Shown here piece by piece: positions 1-13,764 of a DNA stretch of 64,000 bases. Made by a program: the position numbers and the translations under genes. Each line of letters starts with the position of its first letter. The stretch's first letter is position 1. The stretch spans positions 34,536,001 to 34,600,000 of the forward strand of contig NC_045697.1 of NCBI RefSeq assembly GCF_009834535.1, written 5' to 3'. The notes beneath the pieces are model-generated. The model made no database searches, had not been told where the DNA came from, and saw only the letters and a list, made by a program, of their open reading frames with translations. This DNA is from Camelus ferus (Eukaryota).

Positions 1-1450
1 ATTTTTATCTAGCAAGATTAAAATGAAGAAATTTTGTTCCTAGAAGTGTTAACCTTCAGTTCTATTAAATTTGTTTGTAGGTCATAAATCACTTCATTCT
101 CAAAAGAAGTGCTAACCCTACTATCCTCCAGACAAATAAGTTGTTAGTATACTACACTACAAGAACAATTTCACATCATCATTTAAATTTCTTTTGTATC
201 ATATACAATATATTTTCATTTTCCTGAGAACATGTTCTGTTTCTAAATAAATGCCACATTAATACTCAGAGTAACCAAAAGATATCTGTTCTTGTAATTT
301 AAAATCAAAAACAAAACACCATGTCTCATCTGGAATTAAAAAATGGAATTTTGTTGGAAGAATTAAAATTTCCTTTACTAAAAGAAAATTACTAAACTTA
401 GATACAAGTGGCTTAAAAGCAACTCACTACACCTTAAAGCTGTCCATCAATATTGAGACTGAATTGTTCCAAGAGACTGGAGAGGGCAACAGGTACAAAT
501 CCATGAGTTTTATTTAAAATAACAGCATGCCAACAATGAAATGTAATTATGCCATATCTTGTTTATAAACAAGCAATACCTCAGTAGAAACATGTGTTTT
601 AAAAGTCTGATCTCTAGATAACAACTAATTTTAAAATATTGACATTTTTATCAAGTTCTAGCTTCATCTTGATGAGGAATGAACAAAATGTGTTCTTAAC
701 CAGAATAGTCATTTATTTTCTTTCTTAGAAAATGTAAAGCATGGAAAGCAAAGATTATTACATATTTGATTCAATTTTGTCCCTTTTAGACTTAAGAGTG
801 GTGGTTCATTCCTCTCTTAGCTGGTATTTTCTACCCTTGTGGCAAAATGACTACATAAAATAGAAATGAGAACAACAAAGTTGAGAAAGAGCACATTAAA
901 GTTTAAATCTCTAAAATTAAGCCAGAATATCTCGTTTAAGTCTCTATTAAACACTACAATCCTTTCACAAAAAAATAATATGTAATACCAAACTAGTTGA
1001 TTTTGAAATTTTAAACTGTTTCAGAGAAGCCAATTTTTAATGAAGAGAAAACAAACAATATATCTAAAAGTAGTATTATGAGACTAAACTCAGAACAATA
1101 GAAAAAGAACTGAATTTAGAAATCAGAAATCCTAGGCTGCAAATCCTGGCTTCATTTCCTAAGGGTAAGTGAAGTCTGAACATACCATTTTGCTTTCATT
1201 AACTCCAATATTCCCATTGGTAATATGGGAATAAAATCACTGACATATGGTAGAAAATTATTTTTGCAAAGTAACTAGTATATCTAAAATGTTTTTTAAA
1301 ACTACACTACCCACAATTTAACAAATGTATCAGTATTTATGGTAATAGGGGAGGTCTGATGTGGATCCAGGTTTTCTGAAGACTGAATCTTACACAATTT
1401 GAGAGCTCTGTTAAGGAAAAGAACAAAATTACAAATAAAAAAATAGTTAC

Positions 1451-1591
1451 GGGGGAGGGTGTAGCTCAGTGGTAGAGTGTGTGCTTAGCATGCACGAGGT
1501 CCCGGGTTCAATCCCCAGTACCTCCATTAAAAAATAGTAAGAATAAGTAAAGAAAGAAATAAACCTAATTACCTCCCCCCCCCAAAAAAAA
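1451..1591 (+). mobile_element. tRNA-Ala-derived SINE (camelid vic-1-like)
   Basis: GGGGAGGGTGTAGCTCAGTGGTAGAG...GGTTCAATCCCCAGTACCTCCA head (A/B boxes), AAACCTAATTACCTCCCCC body, TSD AAAAAAATAGTTAC. Confidence 0.9.
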
Positions 1592-2189
1592 TAGTTACAA
1601 AAGTGAATATTAACATGAACACAGAGCTCCTGTAGTTTATCCTTCATTACCTTGACAGTAAGTCTACCCTCTGGGTTGCCAGTATGAATAAAATTTTTAT
1701 TGTCTTTATTTAGCAAAGATATACTATTTCCACTCCCCAACTCTTTATGAAAATATAATAGAAGTTCAAGATCAAACAATTATCAATAATAAGCCAAACT
1801 AATAAAATAAGTGTAAAAAATTTAATAATATTGGGTAATATACACCTGTAGTTCTGAGATATACCAAAGATAAAACTGGGAAGCCTACGATCAAAATTTT
1901 AGATGACAGTCTAGTACGATATAACACTAACAGGTACTAAAGGGTAACTAAGGAGCTGTTTTGCAGGGGAAAATACAGAGCCTGAATGATTTATTACTTA
2001 TCGAAAGGAACTGGTAGTTACACAAAATGTGGGAGACGAGGGTAGGCGTTACCAGGTCCCATACCTTAACAAACCAAACAACTAATTGAAGGCCAAACAT
2101 GGATAATGAAACTGCCAATAAAGCAATTTATGACATACAATTTTCATTTATTTTACAACTAAATATTCCAACTAAATTAGAAAAAGTTA

Positions 2190-2321
<132 letters not shown>

Positions 2322-4282
2322 CTAAGACAAAGGTAACAGAAATTAACAGTATGCAATGACTTTTCTTTGATAATTCCATAATAGTTTAAAATAAGCATCA
2401 CACTTATTTTCAAAAACTACCTAAGGATTAAAGAAAAAAGTTTTCCTTCCAATTTAATAGAAGCAATGTTCTTTATAAAAATTAATTTACATGTAGAACA
2501 TTTTAAAGAAAAATATGGATTATCTAGGTTCATTCAGCTAGAAATACCTACTGCTAAATTCTGGACAGTTTCCAATTTTTTTAATGTATATTTCATACTT
2601 AAAAAAATGAAGTCATACTGTACTGATTGATACATACTTTCATAGCCTTTCTTTTAATACAGTATAAGCATTTACTATTATCAAATATTTTCATACAAAA
2701 TGATATTTATAGCTGTACAGTAGATATCCATGTTGACTTATATACATAATTTAACCAATTTCTGGTTGTTGGACATTTAGGTTATTTCCAGTTATAAATA
2801 CCACAAGGGAATCTTTAAACACAAATATGTACAAATAACCTCTGTGCCGCCCTATTACATAAAACCTTTAGTCTAGCACTTAATGCTAAATTCTAAAAAT
2901 TAGGTGAGAAAAAAACTTGAGAATATATATGTAATTTAAGGAATAACAGTAAATTAATTTTTAAAACCAGCCAACATTTCGCTATAACTGATAAAAATCA
3001 ACTCTCCTTTCGTCATAACATTTTGCATATGTTTAATAAAATCAGACAGAGTATACTGTGTAAGCTAGCAACAGTACTGAAAAAAAGCCAACTTCTTAGT
3101 CTGAATTCCCTCCTAATAAAAAGAACTGGGATGCAGAAGTAAGAGGACAAAGTAGGAAAGAGGAAATGCCAATAAATTGTATATTGCTGAGCTGACTACC
3201 GCTAAGGGCTGAAGTTTAGTCCTGCTAAGGACACTCTGAAGGACCACGTAAAACATGCCTAGGACCAACCCGTCCCCAACTGCTGACAAAGAGGAGGCTG
3301 GGGCACTCACCCCCCAGTTCCCTAGGGTGTAATGTTGCCCCCAGGGGCATTAACTCTGCTGTACTTCTGCACTACAGCTGGACACTGGCTGAGTCAGTTC
3401 CCAAGAAGAAAGCACTGAGGTGGAAAAAAAAATCTACACACACAGCAACTGTTAAAGGTGGGACTGTATCCACATGCGGAGGCTATTCATCCACTGCAGC
3501 TGAAATCGAACAAACCAATCAGATGTGACTCGGCACCAAAAGTACCTGCACCTACTATGCTATTCCATCCAATGTACGTTAAATATCTGATCACCCTACA
3601 TGACCGACCCATTTCATCTGACCTGACTGTCTTTCTCTAGGCAACACTGCTGTAATAGCAGTGGATTAATCTGAGGCCTAAATGGTGAATCTGTCAGATT
3701 CTGTCATCACTTCCCCTTAATTGCTTCATTAATGCCCTTTTAAATTCACATACATATAACTTCACCATTAGGCCATAGCATCTCTAAGTGTATGAGTTAT
3801 CTCTGAACCCATCTCTCCCCGTTAACTCCAGCCACTTTCCACAGTGCCTTCAACACTAGCTCACTAACAAACCATAAATGTGTCACTGTTAGGTTTTACT
3901 TCCTTGAAGGCGGGGAGCATATTTATCTTTTTTTAAATTGGCTGAAAGTAATGAAATACAGTATATCTAACATTTTAGTACTTGTGGGAATTTCTAAAGT
4001 ACAGATGCTAAAAATGCTTTACCAAATTGGACACATGCATTAAAACTGAAGATATCTGCTTCAGTTATATTAACAGTGCTAAAAATATTGATTGCACATT
4101 TAGAGGTATTTTTCATTTAATTATAGATTTCAAAAATGAATTATGAATTCATAAACAAAATTCTCAAATGAAGTATTTTTAAACAAAAATAAGCAAAAAG
4201 AGTAATAAATAGCTACATATTGTAAATGCAAAATAAAATATTTGGGGGAGATGCATTAATACAGAGAAGGAGAAAAACTTAC

Positions 4283-4392
4283 TGCTTGGTTTCTCTTCAC
4301 TGAAGCAATACAAATTAAGCATGTCATAGCCCCTGCTTGAAAAGCTTCATTTACATACTGTTTTGTTCGCTCTAATTCACGTACATCTCCAT
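4283..4392 (-). CDS. NFXL1: NFXL1 coding exon 3 ([37 protein letters not shown])
   Basis: 110-nt exon, tttcaag| acceptor, |gtaagt donor; lies within ORF 4256..4462; phase 1 in, phase 0 out. Confidence 0.96.
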
Positions 4393-4803
4393 CTTGAAAT
4401 TTAAAAATTGAAAACTTCATGTTAAGAAACATCTGAAAATAACACAAACTCACTAGTAGCACTACATTATGTGAGACATGTCTAGCAATATCAATTGCTC
4501 AAAATACAGACGAAAAATGAGAAGTTTAAGGAAAAAGCAACCAGTGAACTGCTAACCGGTCACACAGTCCATGTACTACATCTCAAGTACTTGACTCAAA
4601 AACAGTTACCTCCGCCCTCTCTCAGAGTACACTTGCTTTTATCACTGCTACAGTCCTTAACAAATTCGGTGGGGGCAGAGACATAGGCAATGGCAGCAAG
4701 ACGTCAAGTCACAAGGGAAAGCCAACCAAAGAGCAAAGTGAGAGGACCGGAAAAGTCAAAGACAGCAGAGCCATTTAGCCTGAATACAAGCATATGCGTA
4801 AGA

Positions 4804-4829
4804 GTGTGTGTCTGTGTGTGTGTGTGTGT
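4804..4829. repeat. (TG)n microsatellite
   Basis: gtgtgtgtctgtgtgtgtgtgtgtgt. Confidence 0.9.
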
Positions 4830-7309
4830 TTGACACATAGCATATTCTTAGTAAAAATCTGCTGAATGAAAAGATTCTGAGGTCAACACAGCATAATAAC
4901 CTTGTTTCATCAAATTATGTTATTTCTGCTTAACAAAGAAGCATGAACTTCTCAGAAAAAGATTACTAGACTGTATTTTCTTTAGGTAATTATTGAGCAT
5001 TTACCTGCTAGGCAGTGTACTATTAGTATTTCAGAGAGATTAAATAAGCTACCTTAATTTTCATTTTACGGATGAGAAAACTGAGGCTCAGAACACTGAA
5101 GTAACTCCGTGTGCCTCCAAAGTGAACCGTCCTAACCACTATGTCATGAAGCAGCCAAGGGTTACAACAGGAGGGTGCAAGAAATAACAGCACAACGAAA
5201 GGCAGGAAAACTGCCCAAGAGCACACGTGACACCAAAAAGACAGTAATCTGAGTCACTTTAGTGTAAGAGAAATACACCTACAGGCCTTCAGTACAATAA
5301 AGATTATTTGCTAGAGGTTGACTGAGTCTCCGAGGAAAATAGACAAATGGCATAAACTATCACTAAGTACAGGCAATAAAATGGTTCAAACCAAAATTTA
5401 AGCTACCAAAAGAAAATTAATAGACCTTGATAATTCTTTACTTCCTATGACTAAGTAAGCAAAACACTTATAAAAACTTGCTCTACCATAATATAAATAC
5501 AAGTATAATTAAGGATATTAAATAAAATATACATAAAACCACTCCCAAAGCTATAAAACATTATTAAATTATTACAGACAACTGCTTTATTTTAAACAAA
5601 CATCAAAGTTTGAAGATTATCCTTAAAGGCAGACTTAGTAGTCATACTCTGTGCTTATTTGCTTTTCGGCACAGCTGGCTCTAACAAACACAAAACATTT
5701 TTAAATTGCATCTAATCTAACAGCTAAATGTAAAACAGAATATGAGAGAAAAAAACAGAATATGAGAACAGGATGAATCGGCTTTAATAAAATAAAGTCT
5801 AATCTTATGTTTACAATATTTATGCAGGATTTCTTTGAAAATTGTATTAAGATTTGGCTGCAGCAATAAAGTACACTGCCCAAGACGTCATGGGGGATAG
5901 CACGGCATTTGAAGTCACGCATTTTAAAACGATCACTCTGGCAACTGAAGAAAAATGAGTGTGAGGCCAAGACTAAAAACATTAAGAACCAGTTAAGAGG
6001 CAGTTATAGCGGATAAAGCAAAAAACAACCTTGAGCAAGTTAATGTGTCTGTCTCAGTTTTCTCATCTTTAAAATAGTAATAATAGTAATAGTACTATCT
6101 ACCTCACATGTTTCTTCTGTGGATTTAATTCACATATGAAACAGCTGTAGGGGCCTGAATTAAGATAATGACAGTATGTGGGGAGAGGGTAGGATGGATT
6201 TAAGAAATTTAGGAAGTAAAACTCAGCAGGACGTGGTGACAATTAGACTGTGTTGCTTCTAAAAGTCGATGTTCGCGCCAGGATTCCGAAGGAAGGAGTG
6301 CTGTGTTTGAGGAGACATCTGACGTGGGCAGAGGGCAGGAGTGGTCGTGAGTAAAACACTCTCATGTCATCCCTGCTCCCAGAGCTCTGGCTTGGGTGGG
6401 TGACAGGGGAAACTGTAGCACTACTAATAGAGATAAAGAAAACAAAAGAAGAAATCTTATCTTTCAACATATGTTTGTGTGTCCATGGGCCAGACGGACA
6501 GAGATACCTATCAGTAAACTGATCATTCAAGTTTGAATTTGAGAGAAAGATCACAAAAGTATGAAGGCTGTGCTCAGACAGAAAGAATGAAGCTCTCTGG
6601 TAAAGTTCTGGTTTTTAATTCACTAACGTGAGATGGGAACCATCTCATTACCCTGGTGTTTATTGCTCTTAAGTCGAGTGATCAAATTTCCTTACTTCGG
6701 TAGAGGCATAGAGGCAAAGTACAGAACACAAAGGAACAAAAATCAAAATATTTATGGATTTGATGCAATACAGTATGAGAAAAATTGCCTTCACACTTTA
6801 AGATGAAAGCCAGATAAAAAATTAATAAAACTTACTAATGAGAAAAGTTTTCTAAACACTAGTATCACTGAATTTTCTATTTAAAAATAAAATCTGTCTC
6901 TCTAGAATGGCTTAAGTGAGGTCTTCCTGAGGCAGGAAACCTGCAGTTACTTTCTATGAAGTCTTCTAAAAACAAGAAATCTCCTAACCTAGAGGTTCCT
7001 CTTTATCAACTTTTCCCTGGCTGAGCCAGACTTCTTAGTCAAGCCTCCTAATCTTAATTCCTTGGCAGATATGGCAAATTCCTTGGAAACCTTTTGATGA
7101 GGTGTACCTCTGCTCACAATGCCATCAATATACTCAGGCAACAAACAATAATACATGCAAAAATGTTCCTAATAATGACTTTAAGTATAAAATGTGAAAA
7201 GTGTAAGAGCCCTTACATTTAAAATAATCTATTTTTACACTCAGTACCAAATACTTCACAACAACATCACTTTGACCCTCTCTCTCATAAACAAATGTGG
7301 CTTTAAGAG

Positions 7310-7612
7310 TAACCCAGATGTGTTATTTACAAAACAGAAACAGACTCACAGAGATAGAATACAAACTTTTGGTTACCAGGAAGGAAAGGGAGTAGGAAAG
7401 GATAAATTAGGAGTTCAAGATTTGCAGGTATTGACTACTATATATAAAAAAGGTAAACAACAAGTTTATACTGTATAGCACAGGGAAGTATATTCAACAT
7501 CTTGTAGTAACCTATAATGAAAATGAATATATATATGAATACGTAAGACTGAAACATGTTATTTATCAGAAACTGACACAACATTGTAAACTGACTATAA
7601 AAATAAATAAAT
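7310..7612 (+). mobile_element. L1 3'UTR fragment (lineage-specific family)
   Basis: Similar to 20360-20660 (cagactcacaga...tatagcacaggga...acaacattgtaaactgactata). Confidence 0.85.
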
Positions 7613-8023
7613 TTCCTTTTAAAATAAGACACATTTAACATGATGAAAAAGAGAAAAATGAAGAGCAGATACAGAGGAATATTCAAAGTCCTCAAGTGCA
7701 ATTAAATCATAACAAGGAACAACCTGACCCCACTCATCTCACAAAGAGCTTTGGCACCCGTCTCCCAGCAGTCTAATGAAATGCCAATTAAACACAAAGG
7801 AGGACTTCTAAGGCTGTAAGAGACATTGTCATCCTATTTGCTTTATAGAGGGATTAACATTATACAGCATATAACTCAAATAGTAAAATGTACAATAATT
7901 CAATTCTCCAAACAGAAATGCTCATTCTTAAGATGCAAAAACTATTCCACGTAGGGTAAAGGTGTTAGAAAAAGTCAGGAATATATTTTCATTGATGTAA
8001 AAAAAGTCAAAATTCAAAAGTAC

Positions 8024-8197
8024 CTGTCTGAGTAGTGTAAGTTATAAATGTATTAGCAACTATTTTTCCTCTTTTTCCTTCCAAATCTTCATCTCCTTCT
8101 TCTTCAGATGAAGAGCTAAAGTGTTCTTCAACAAGCTTTTTGGCTGCAGCTTGATTAGCCTTCTTAATTTCCTCAAATTTCTTTTGAGACATTAGCT
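8024..8197 (-). CDS. NFXL1: NFXL1 coding exon 2 ([58 protein letters not shown])
   Basis: 174-nt exon, ttttaaacag| acceptor, |gtactt donor; overlaps ORF 8007..8192. Confidence 0.96.
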
Positions 8198-10605
8198 CTG
8201 TTTAAAAGAAAAAAAAGTGAGTTTCACTTCTGCAGAACAATCTCTCAAAAAGCAAGGCATGATGTACCAAAAAGTCATTTTAAAATAAAGTCACCTTTGG
8301 TGCATTCTGTTTTACTATCATCCACGGAAAAAGTTATTTTCAAATTTCTTGTCACACAAGTAAAAAGAATTCCACGATAAAAATTTTCACTTTTGTTAAA
8401 TATTCTGCTAAAGGCAACAAACTGTTCTAGAAACAGAGTGACTAACAAATCAATTTTTTAAATGATCAAGGTATGATAAAGTATCCAAAAACCAGTGATC
8501 AACCTCAAAACAAAGACATTAACAAAAATTTAAATGAAATGTTTAAAAGATGAACAGTACACAGTGATTTTTAAGAGATGGGAAACAGACCCATTGTTTA
8601 CACATCAGAATCAGCAGAGGCAGGTGCTTTTCCACACTATCCTCTTCCACATTACAGCCCAGCCTGGCCTGGCTCACCAAAGACTGTGCACAAACAGTAT
8701 TCAGTGTATACCCACTGTGTTTACAATCTGCTTCCTAGAAAGCTCACGGACTTTTTGTCTTTATTAAAATGTGGTCACAAAACATATTTATTTAACATAA
8801 ATCCCACACAAAATGTTGCTAACACAGAAAATGTGCTTCATATAAGTTCGTTTCAAAAAGAAAGTGAAGTTTTGGATTAGTTGTTCTGCTATTCTCTTTA
8901 GAACTGTCTGCACTTCTTATTTTGTGACTTGGTTAAATAATAATGGAAAAAGAATGAATTACTTCATAGTACATTCCCACTGAGACTTCAAACTCAAAAG
9001 TAAGGACCGTGAGAATTTTCTTCAAGCACTAAGTGTTAATAAACTCTCTGGACAGCAACCATAGCTCAAGAAAAGAGCCACAAACACAACGCATTGTTCT
9101 TACTTCATCAAGTGCCCACATTGGTGCCACTTTATGCTCGAAACTGATCAGCCACTACCAATATAAACTTTCTTATTTTAGGTGGTGGATTTGTACTTAA
9201 TGATATTTTATTTCCTTCATGAAATGTTTTCCTTTTCTTGCTGCAGCCAATTTGGCTGGGGACTATTCAGTATTTCAAGTAAAACTGGAGGAAATTGTAC
9301 AGGGATCTTTGAGTACTAGGAGAAAAGTAACTGCTATAAGATACATGACTCAAAACTTCACGTACAATAAGACGAGAAATGTCATTATGAGAAAAGAGCC
9401 CTCACGAATACATTTTTTTAAAAGGCTGAATTAGATATAATAAAAGCATTCATAACCTGATCAATGGATCCACATAAGATCATCTCAAGCAAAGATGACA
9501 AAGCAACCTTCCCACGTATTATTTCTCATCAAATCTCAATTATCCAGTTGGAGGATGCTTGCTTTTCTACTATCCATAAAAACGAAAAAAGTTTCCCAGA
9601 ACTGTTCACAGGCCTCCATCTTGTACACCTCACCACCACAACTATCATAAACTCAGTAATTAACAGAGTATCACCTAACTTTAAAATTAGCTTAGGAGAG
9701 AAACATTCAGAAACTCAATTTGCTCCTCTCCCAAAAAAATATATTTTGAAAAATACATTTCAAACACAACAGTAAAATGATTTCAGGGTTTATTCTTTTA
9801 GCCCCCTTCACTCTTCCATTAGTATGGAAGTTAGAGGCAGCTGAGAGCTGTGCGTGCACCCTCAGGCTCCACTAAAACACTGCCTTGGATGAAGGATATT
9901 GACAGGCTGGAGGAGGCCGCACCAGATACATCCAGGGAAAGGACGTGAAATCTGTGAATAGGGACCCCAGTCGAAAAAGTCCCACAAGCCCAAGGGCTCA
10001 CAGGACACAGACAATTAAAGCTACTAAACTGAGGCAATCAAGCGAAGATGGAAGATGACAACTGGCCCCCGAAGTGGGAGACACAAGGTGAAGCGGAAAG
10101 CCTAAACACAATCTAAACGGGGTTTCTGCGACTCAGCCCAGCCGACTGCTGCCATGAACAAACTTAGTAAAGCCACAATCTTATTTTACAAGAAAAAATG
10201 TTAACCAGATTCTTATGAGATTTTAAAAAGTAAAGAAAAACAAAGAAACTGTTCAGATTGACTGCATCGTGTCAACCAAACCAAAATATGGGATAAATCA
10301 GACCCACTCCCACCCCACCACCACCCGGCCACAATCCGCAAAACTTTTGGTCTAGGGATTCGGTAGGCAAAAAGAAAGAAGGATAGACTCCTGGACGGAG
10401 AAATAACAAAGATTAATATCAATTAAAATTATGATGAAAGAAGTGTGATGGGAATCGGTCTAGAATGAGGAGGTGCCTGAGAGGTTTGAGAAGTGAGGCC
10501 AATGATAAACTCCCGAAGGAGAAGCGGGCAAGGGCGGAGGCAGTTCTGACTAGGAAGTGCCTAAATCTGCATCCAGGTGAGCCCGAGGACGTGGGCCATT
10601 CTCAC

Positions 10606-10849
10606 CACTGGCCACGGAAGTCTGCGGCGCTTCCGATCCCGCGGGGCTGCGCCGGGCTGAGCTACCTGCAGCCGCGGCGGTCGCGGCTCCTCCGGGGCTG
10701 GCGCCAGGACCAGCAGCGCCCACCGACCCCTTCTCTCGCCCTCCTCCGGCGCCGCGGAGATAGATTCCATTTCCTGAGGAGGGGGCCGCAGTGGCCCGTC
10801 CTCGGGCTCGGCCTCGGCCACCGACCACCTGGCGCCAGGAAGCTTCCAT
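10606..10849 (-). CDS. NFXL1: NFXL1 first coding exon ([28 protein letters not shown]...QTSVAS)
   Basis: ATG at 10849, 2 nt after a ctgcag| acceptor (exon starts 10851) preceded by a (CT)n-T12 pyrimidine tract; |gtgaga donor at 10605; MEASWRQV is the NFXL1 N-terminus; 244 nt gives phase 1, matching the next exon. Confidence 0.96.
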
Positions 10850-10861
10850 CCCTGCAGACGG

Positions 10862-10892
10862 AAAAAAAAAAAAGAGAGAGAGAGAGAGAGAG
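10862..10892. repeat. A12-(GA)n microsatellite forming the NFXL1 intron-1 polypyrimidine tract
   Basis: Directly visible next to the acceptor at 10852. Confidence 0.9.
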
Positions 10893-11227
10893 TGGAAGGA
10901 GCGTGAGCCCAGTGGTGTCGAGGCGGCGGGGAAAGGGCAGCGGGGGGGAAAGGGCAGCGGGGGAAGCCGGTGTGAGGGGCGGAACGAGGAGGGTCTCCGC
11001 CGCGCGAAGACCGGATCTGAAAAGGTCGCGGCCCTCCCTCTCTCTCCCAGAGGGTGAGTCCCCGATAAGCCCAGGGCATTGGAGATAGACTGCAGAGGGA
11101 AAGGACCAGGCAGAGAAATGGACTGCGGGGCAAAGAGCATCCAGCACCCGAGAAGAAGAGCCGAGGAGGAGGAAAGCGCTTCCTCGGCCTCAGAGGGAGC
11201 CCGGTGACAGGACAACAGCAGACTCAC

Positions 11228-11345
11228 CCCGCGGCTCCCGCCGGGAACCAACTGCAGGAGCAAACCCCAAGAAAAGCTACGTCTCCTTACCGCCGGCGCC
11301 AGCCCCCGGCGACTACAACTCCCAGAAGCCGCCGCTCACTGCTCG
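11228..11345 (-). other. NFXL1: Probable non-coding first exon of NFXL1 (boundaries approximate)
   Basis: Two minus-strand donors in the CpG island: gcg|gtaagg (exon end 11291) and ggg|gtgagt (exon end 11228); TSS cannot be determined from sequence. Confidence 0.55.
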
Positions 11346-13764
11346 CAGAACGCGTGGCATCACCGGCCCCTTCCTTATCCGAGACTGACTGTGCGCTGGG
11401 TGGAGTGGGGGTTGGGCAAAAAAGCCTCCCGGCGCATGCGCTGATTGAACCATGCTGTCTGAAACTACAATTCCCGGCGTGCACTGGGGCTCCGGCGGGG
11501 TTGACGCACAGAGAGGACGCGGGGTGGGGAGGTGGGCGGGCCCTGAGGTGTTCCGGATCCCAGAGGATGCTGTTGCTTCCCCGCGACTGCCCTAAATTCA
11601 GCTGGGTATCGGGAGTCTGTCCTGGGGCCATAATTGGCTGTCCACCATCTTTAGCCTTGCCTTCGGGCCTTCAGGAAGTAGGAAGTTTTTCTCAATGATC
11701 GGAAAAAGCATTTACAAGGAGAACACTTCGGGGTCAGGGTAGAGGGAGGGAAAGCTGAGGGAGTGTTGCGGTAAAGTAGCTGGAGTAGAAAAAGCGCCCT
11801 TCTGACTACTAAAACAATGTAGAGAGTAAATCTAACGGCATTATTGTTCACAGTCCTTTATGGTTTACAATATTGTTTTCCTGAAGCAGGCCGATTTTTA
11901 CCTTCACGGCAGCTCTCTCAAGTAACCTTAATAATGAAAGTAGCTGAGAGCCAGATCAGGTCCTAATTCTTATGACTTCGCTTTTTTCCAGTAAGAGAAA
12001 GAGAAAGGGAGAGAAAGGAGAGGGAGAAATTTCAAAAATTTGGAAGTCTAGGATTGAGAAATATATTGATTGCTGTTTGGGACTACACAATCTTCAACTT
12101 AATTAACTAATTCCTCTACATTATTAATAAATAGCTAGTATTTAGATAGCATTTTATTAAATGCCAGGCACTGTTCAACGGGTTTTACATATGTATGTAT
12201 TTTAACAATGTGGTATTCACAATAATCCTACTATCCCCACTTTACAGCTGAGAACACTGAGGCACAGAGTGGTTAAGTAGCTTGTCCTTGATATAGCTAG
12301 ATACATTATCATCAATTCCATTTAAACAAAGACCACAGAAAATTTCTTATTCAGCACTGTAGCAGACCCAGGATCGCAACTGAGTTGTGTGACTCTTGGC
12401 CTATACTCTCAAAAACACCATGCTGTTTGATTACTGTGAAAAAGTATTTAATGTTTACCTAGAAAAGTTAAATAATTAGGTTGATTTTTCTAGCCAGGTT
12501 AAGTGCAAAAAACTTTAGAAGATTGATTCTTTTTTTGCTTTACTTATTAATATTCAGAATTGAGTGATAAAAATAGTATTGTATAATGTCAATTTCATGA
12601 AAATAATTTTTAAAGTGGGCTGTCAATTACTTTTTCTAGGAAAATATTCATAACAGAGACAAAAGTCAACTAAATATTTATTCATGTTTAATGTAAACTG
12701 TTTTCAAATATTCAGCTAAATAACCTATCCATCAATCAATAACTGAGTCTGTCAGATACCCAGTAATGTCCAGCACTTTGTGTTTGTACTCAGAGATGAG
12801 AAGGGTTCGCTATAAGTGAAATATCAGGATAGGGATGAAAAAACTCATGAAGTTGCTGAGAACTGAGAAAAGTATTAAGGGCAGGGTAAGACGTGAATGT
12901 TATGGAAAGAGGCACTTTGTTTCATAGGGAGAGCATGAGGCAAGGTTTACAAGAGATAATAAACATGGCACATGTTTGAACAAGAAAGGAGAAAATTCTG
13001 TTGAATCTCAAAGCAAAGATGACAAGTAGGATTCGAGAGCACCTTGAAAACAAAAGTAGAAAATTTTGGTATCAGTGTTGATACAAAGTAGCTACTATGA
13101 AGTTCAAGATAAGGGAGGTGACATTATAAAAGGAAGGTTTTTCAGGGAAACTAATGTAGAAATAATAGGAAAATTTTAGCAGGGCAGGGCCTTGTGGGAG
13201 AATGGCTATGTAGAATTAAAATTGTAGTCGGCATGAATCTCAGTTTATAAACTCAGATGTGCAAGTAGTCACATTTCAGCTATCATAACCTTTCAATTAC
13301 CTGAATTTGAACTGAGTTTTATCTTCCCAGGATTGGTTAGAAAATGCATTTATTAATTCATGCAACAGACATATCTAAAGCCTCTATTACGCCCACAGGC
13401 ATTTTTCTAGATCACAGGGGAAGCTCTATGGAAATGGACTATTGGGGAAAGGGGAGCAAGAGTGGCATTACAAACCAGTTGACCAGCTGTTCAGTAGTCC
13501 AGGTGAAAGATGGTGGTTTGGATGAGCAGTGGATATGGTAATTTACAGTCAGCTGCAGGATGTATCTTGAAAGTTGAGCTGATAACATTCATTGACAAAT
13601 TAGATAACAGCTATGAGATTAAGAGTCGAGAAAAGATGACTCAAAGTTTTTCCCCTGAGGAACTGGGTCAGTGGCAGTGCCATAATCAGAGATAGGGTAT
13701 ATTAGGGAAGGAACAGGTTTGCAAAGAAAATCATGAGTTCGGGTTAGGACACATCTCGCCATCA

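Larger units (their letters stand above)
10560..11650. promoter_or_regulatory. CpG island / NFXL1 promoter with two ZNF143(Staf)-type motifs, an NRF1 palindrome and a GC box
   Basis: Very high GC and CpG content; GACTACAACTCCCAGAAGCC 11311-11330; AAACTACAATTCCCGGCGTGCA 11462-11483; GCGCATGCGC 11432-11441; GGGCGGG 11534-11540. Confidence 0.85.

Noticed and set aside
1451..1526. tRNA-Ala(AGC) gene (and the similar copies)
   Set aside because: Followed by a SINE body and A tail, flanked by a TSD, and present as many diverged copies; these are SINE heads
3060..3700. Possible old LTR (LTR33/LTR16-like), similar at about 37250-37500
   Set aside because: Resemblance too weak to assign a family or boundaries without a search
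10465..11698. Several long overlapping ORFs in the CpG island (207, 190, 161, 164 and 114 aa)
   Set aside because: Stop-poor GC-rich DNA with low-complexity R/G/P/A translations; only the MEASWRQ frame matches a known protein
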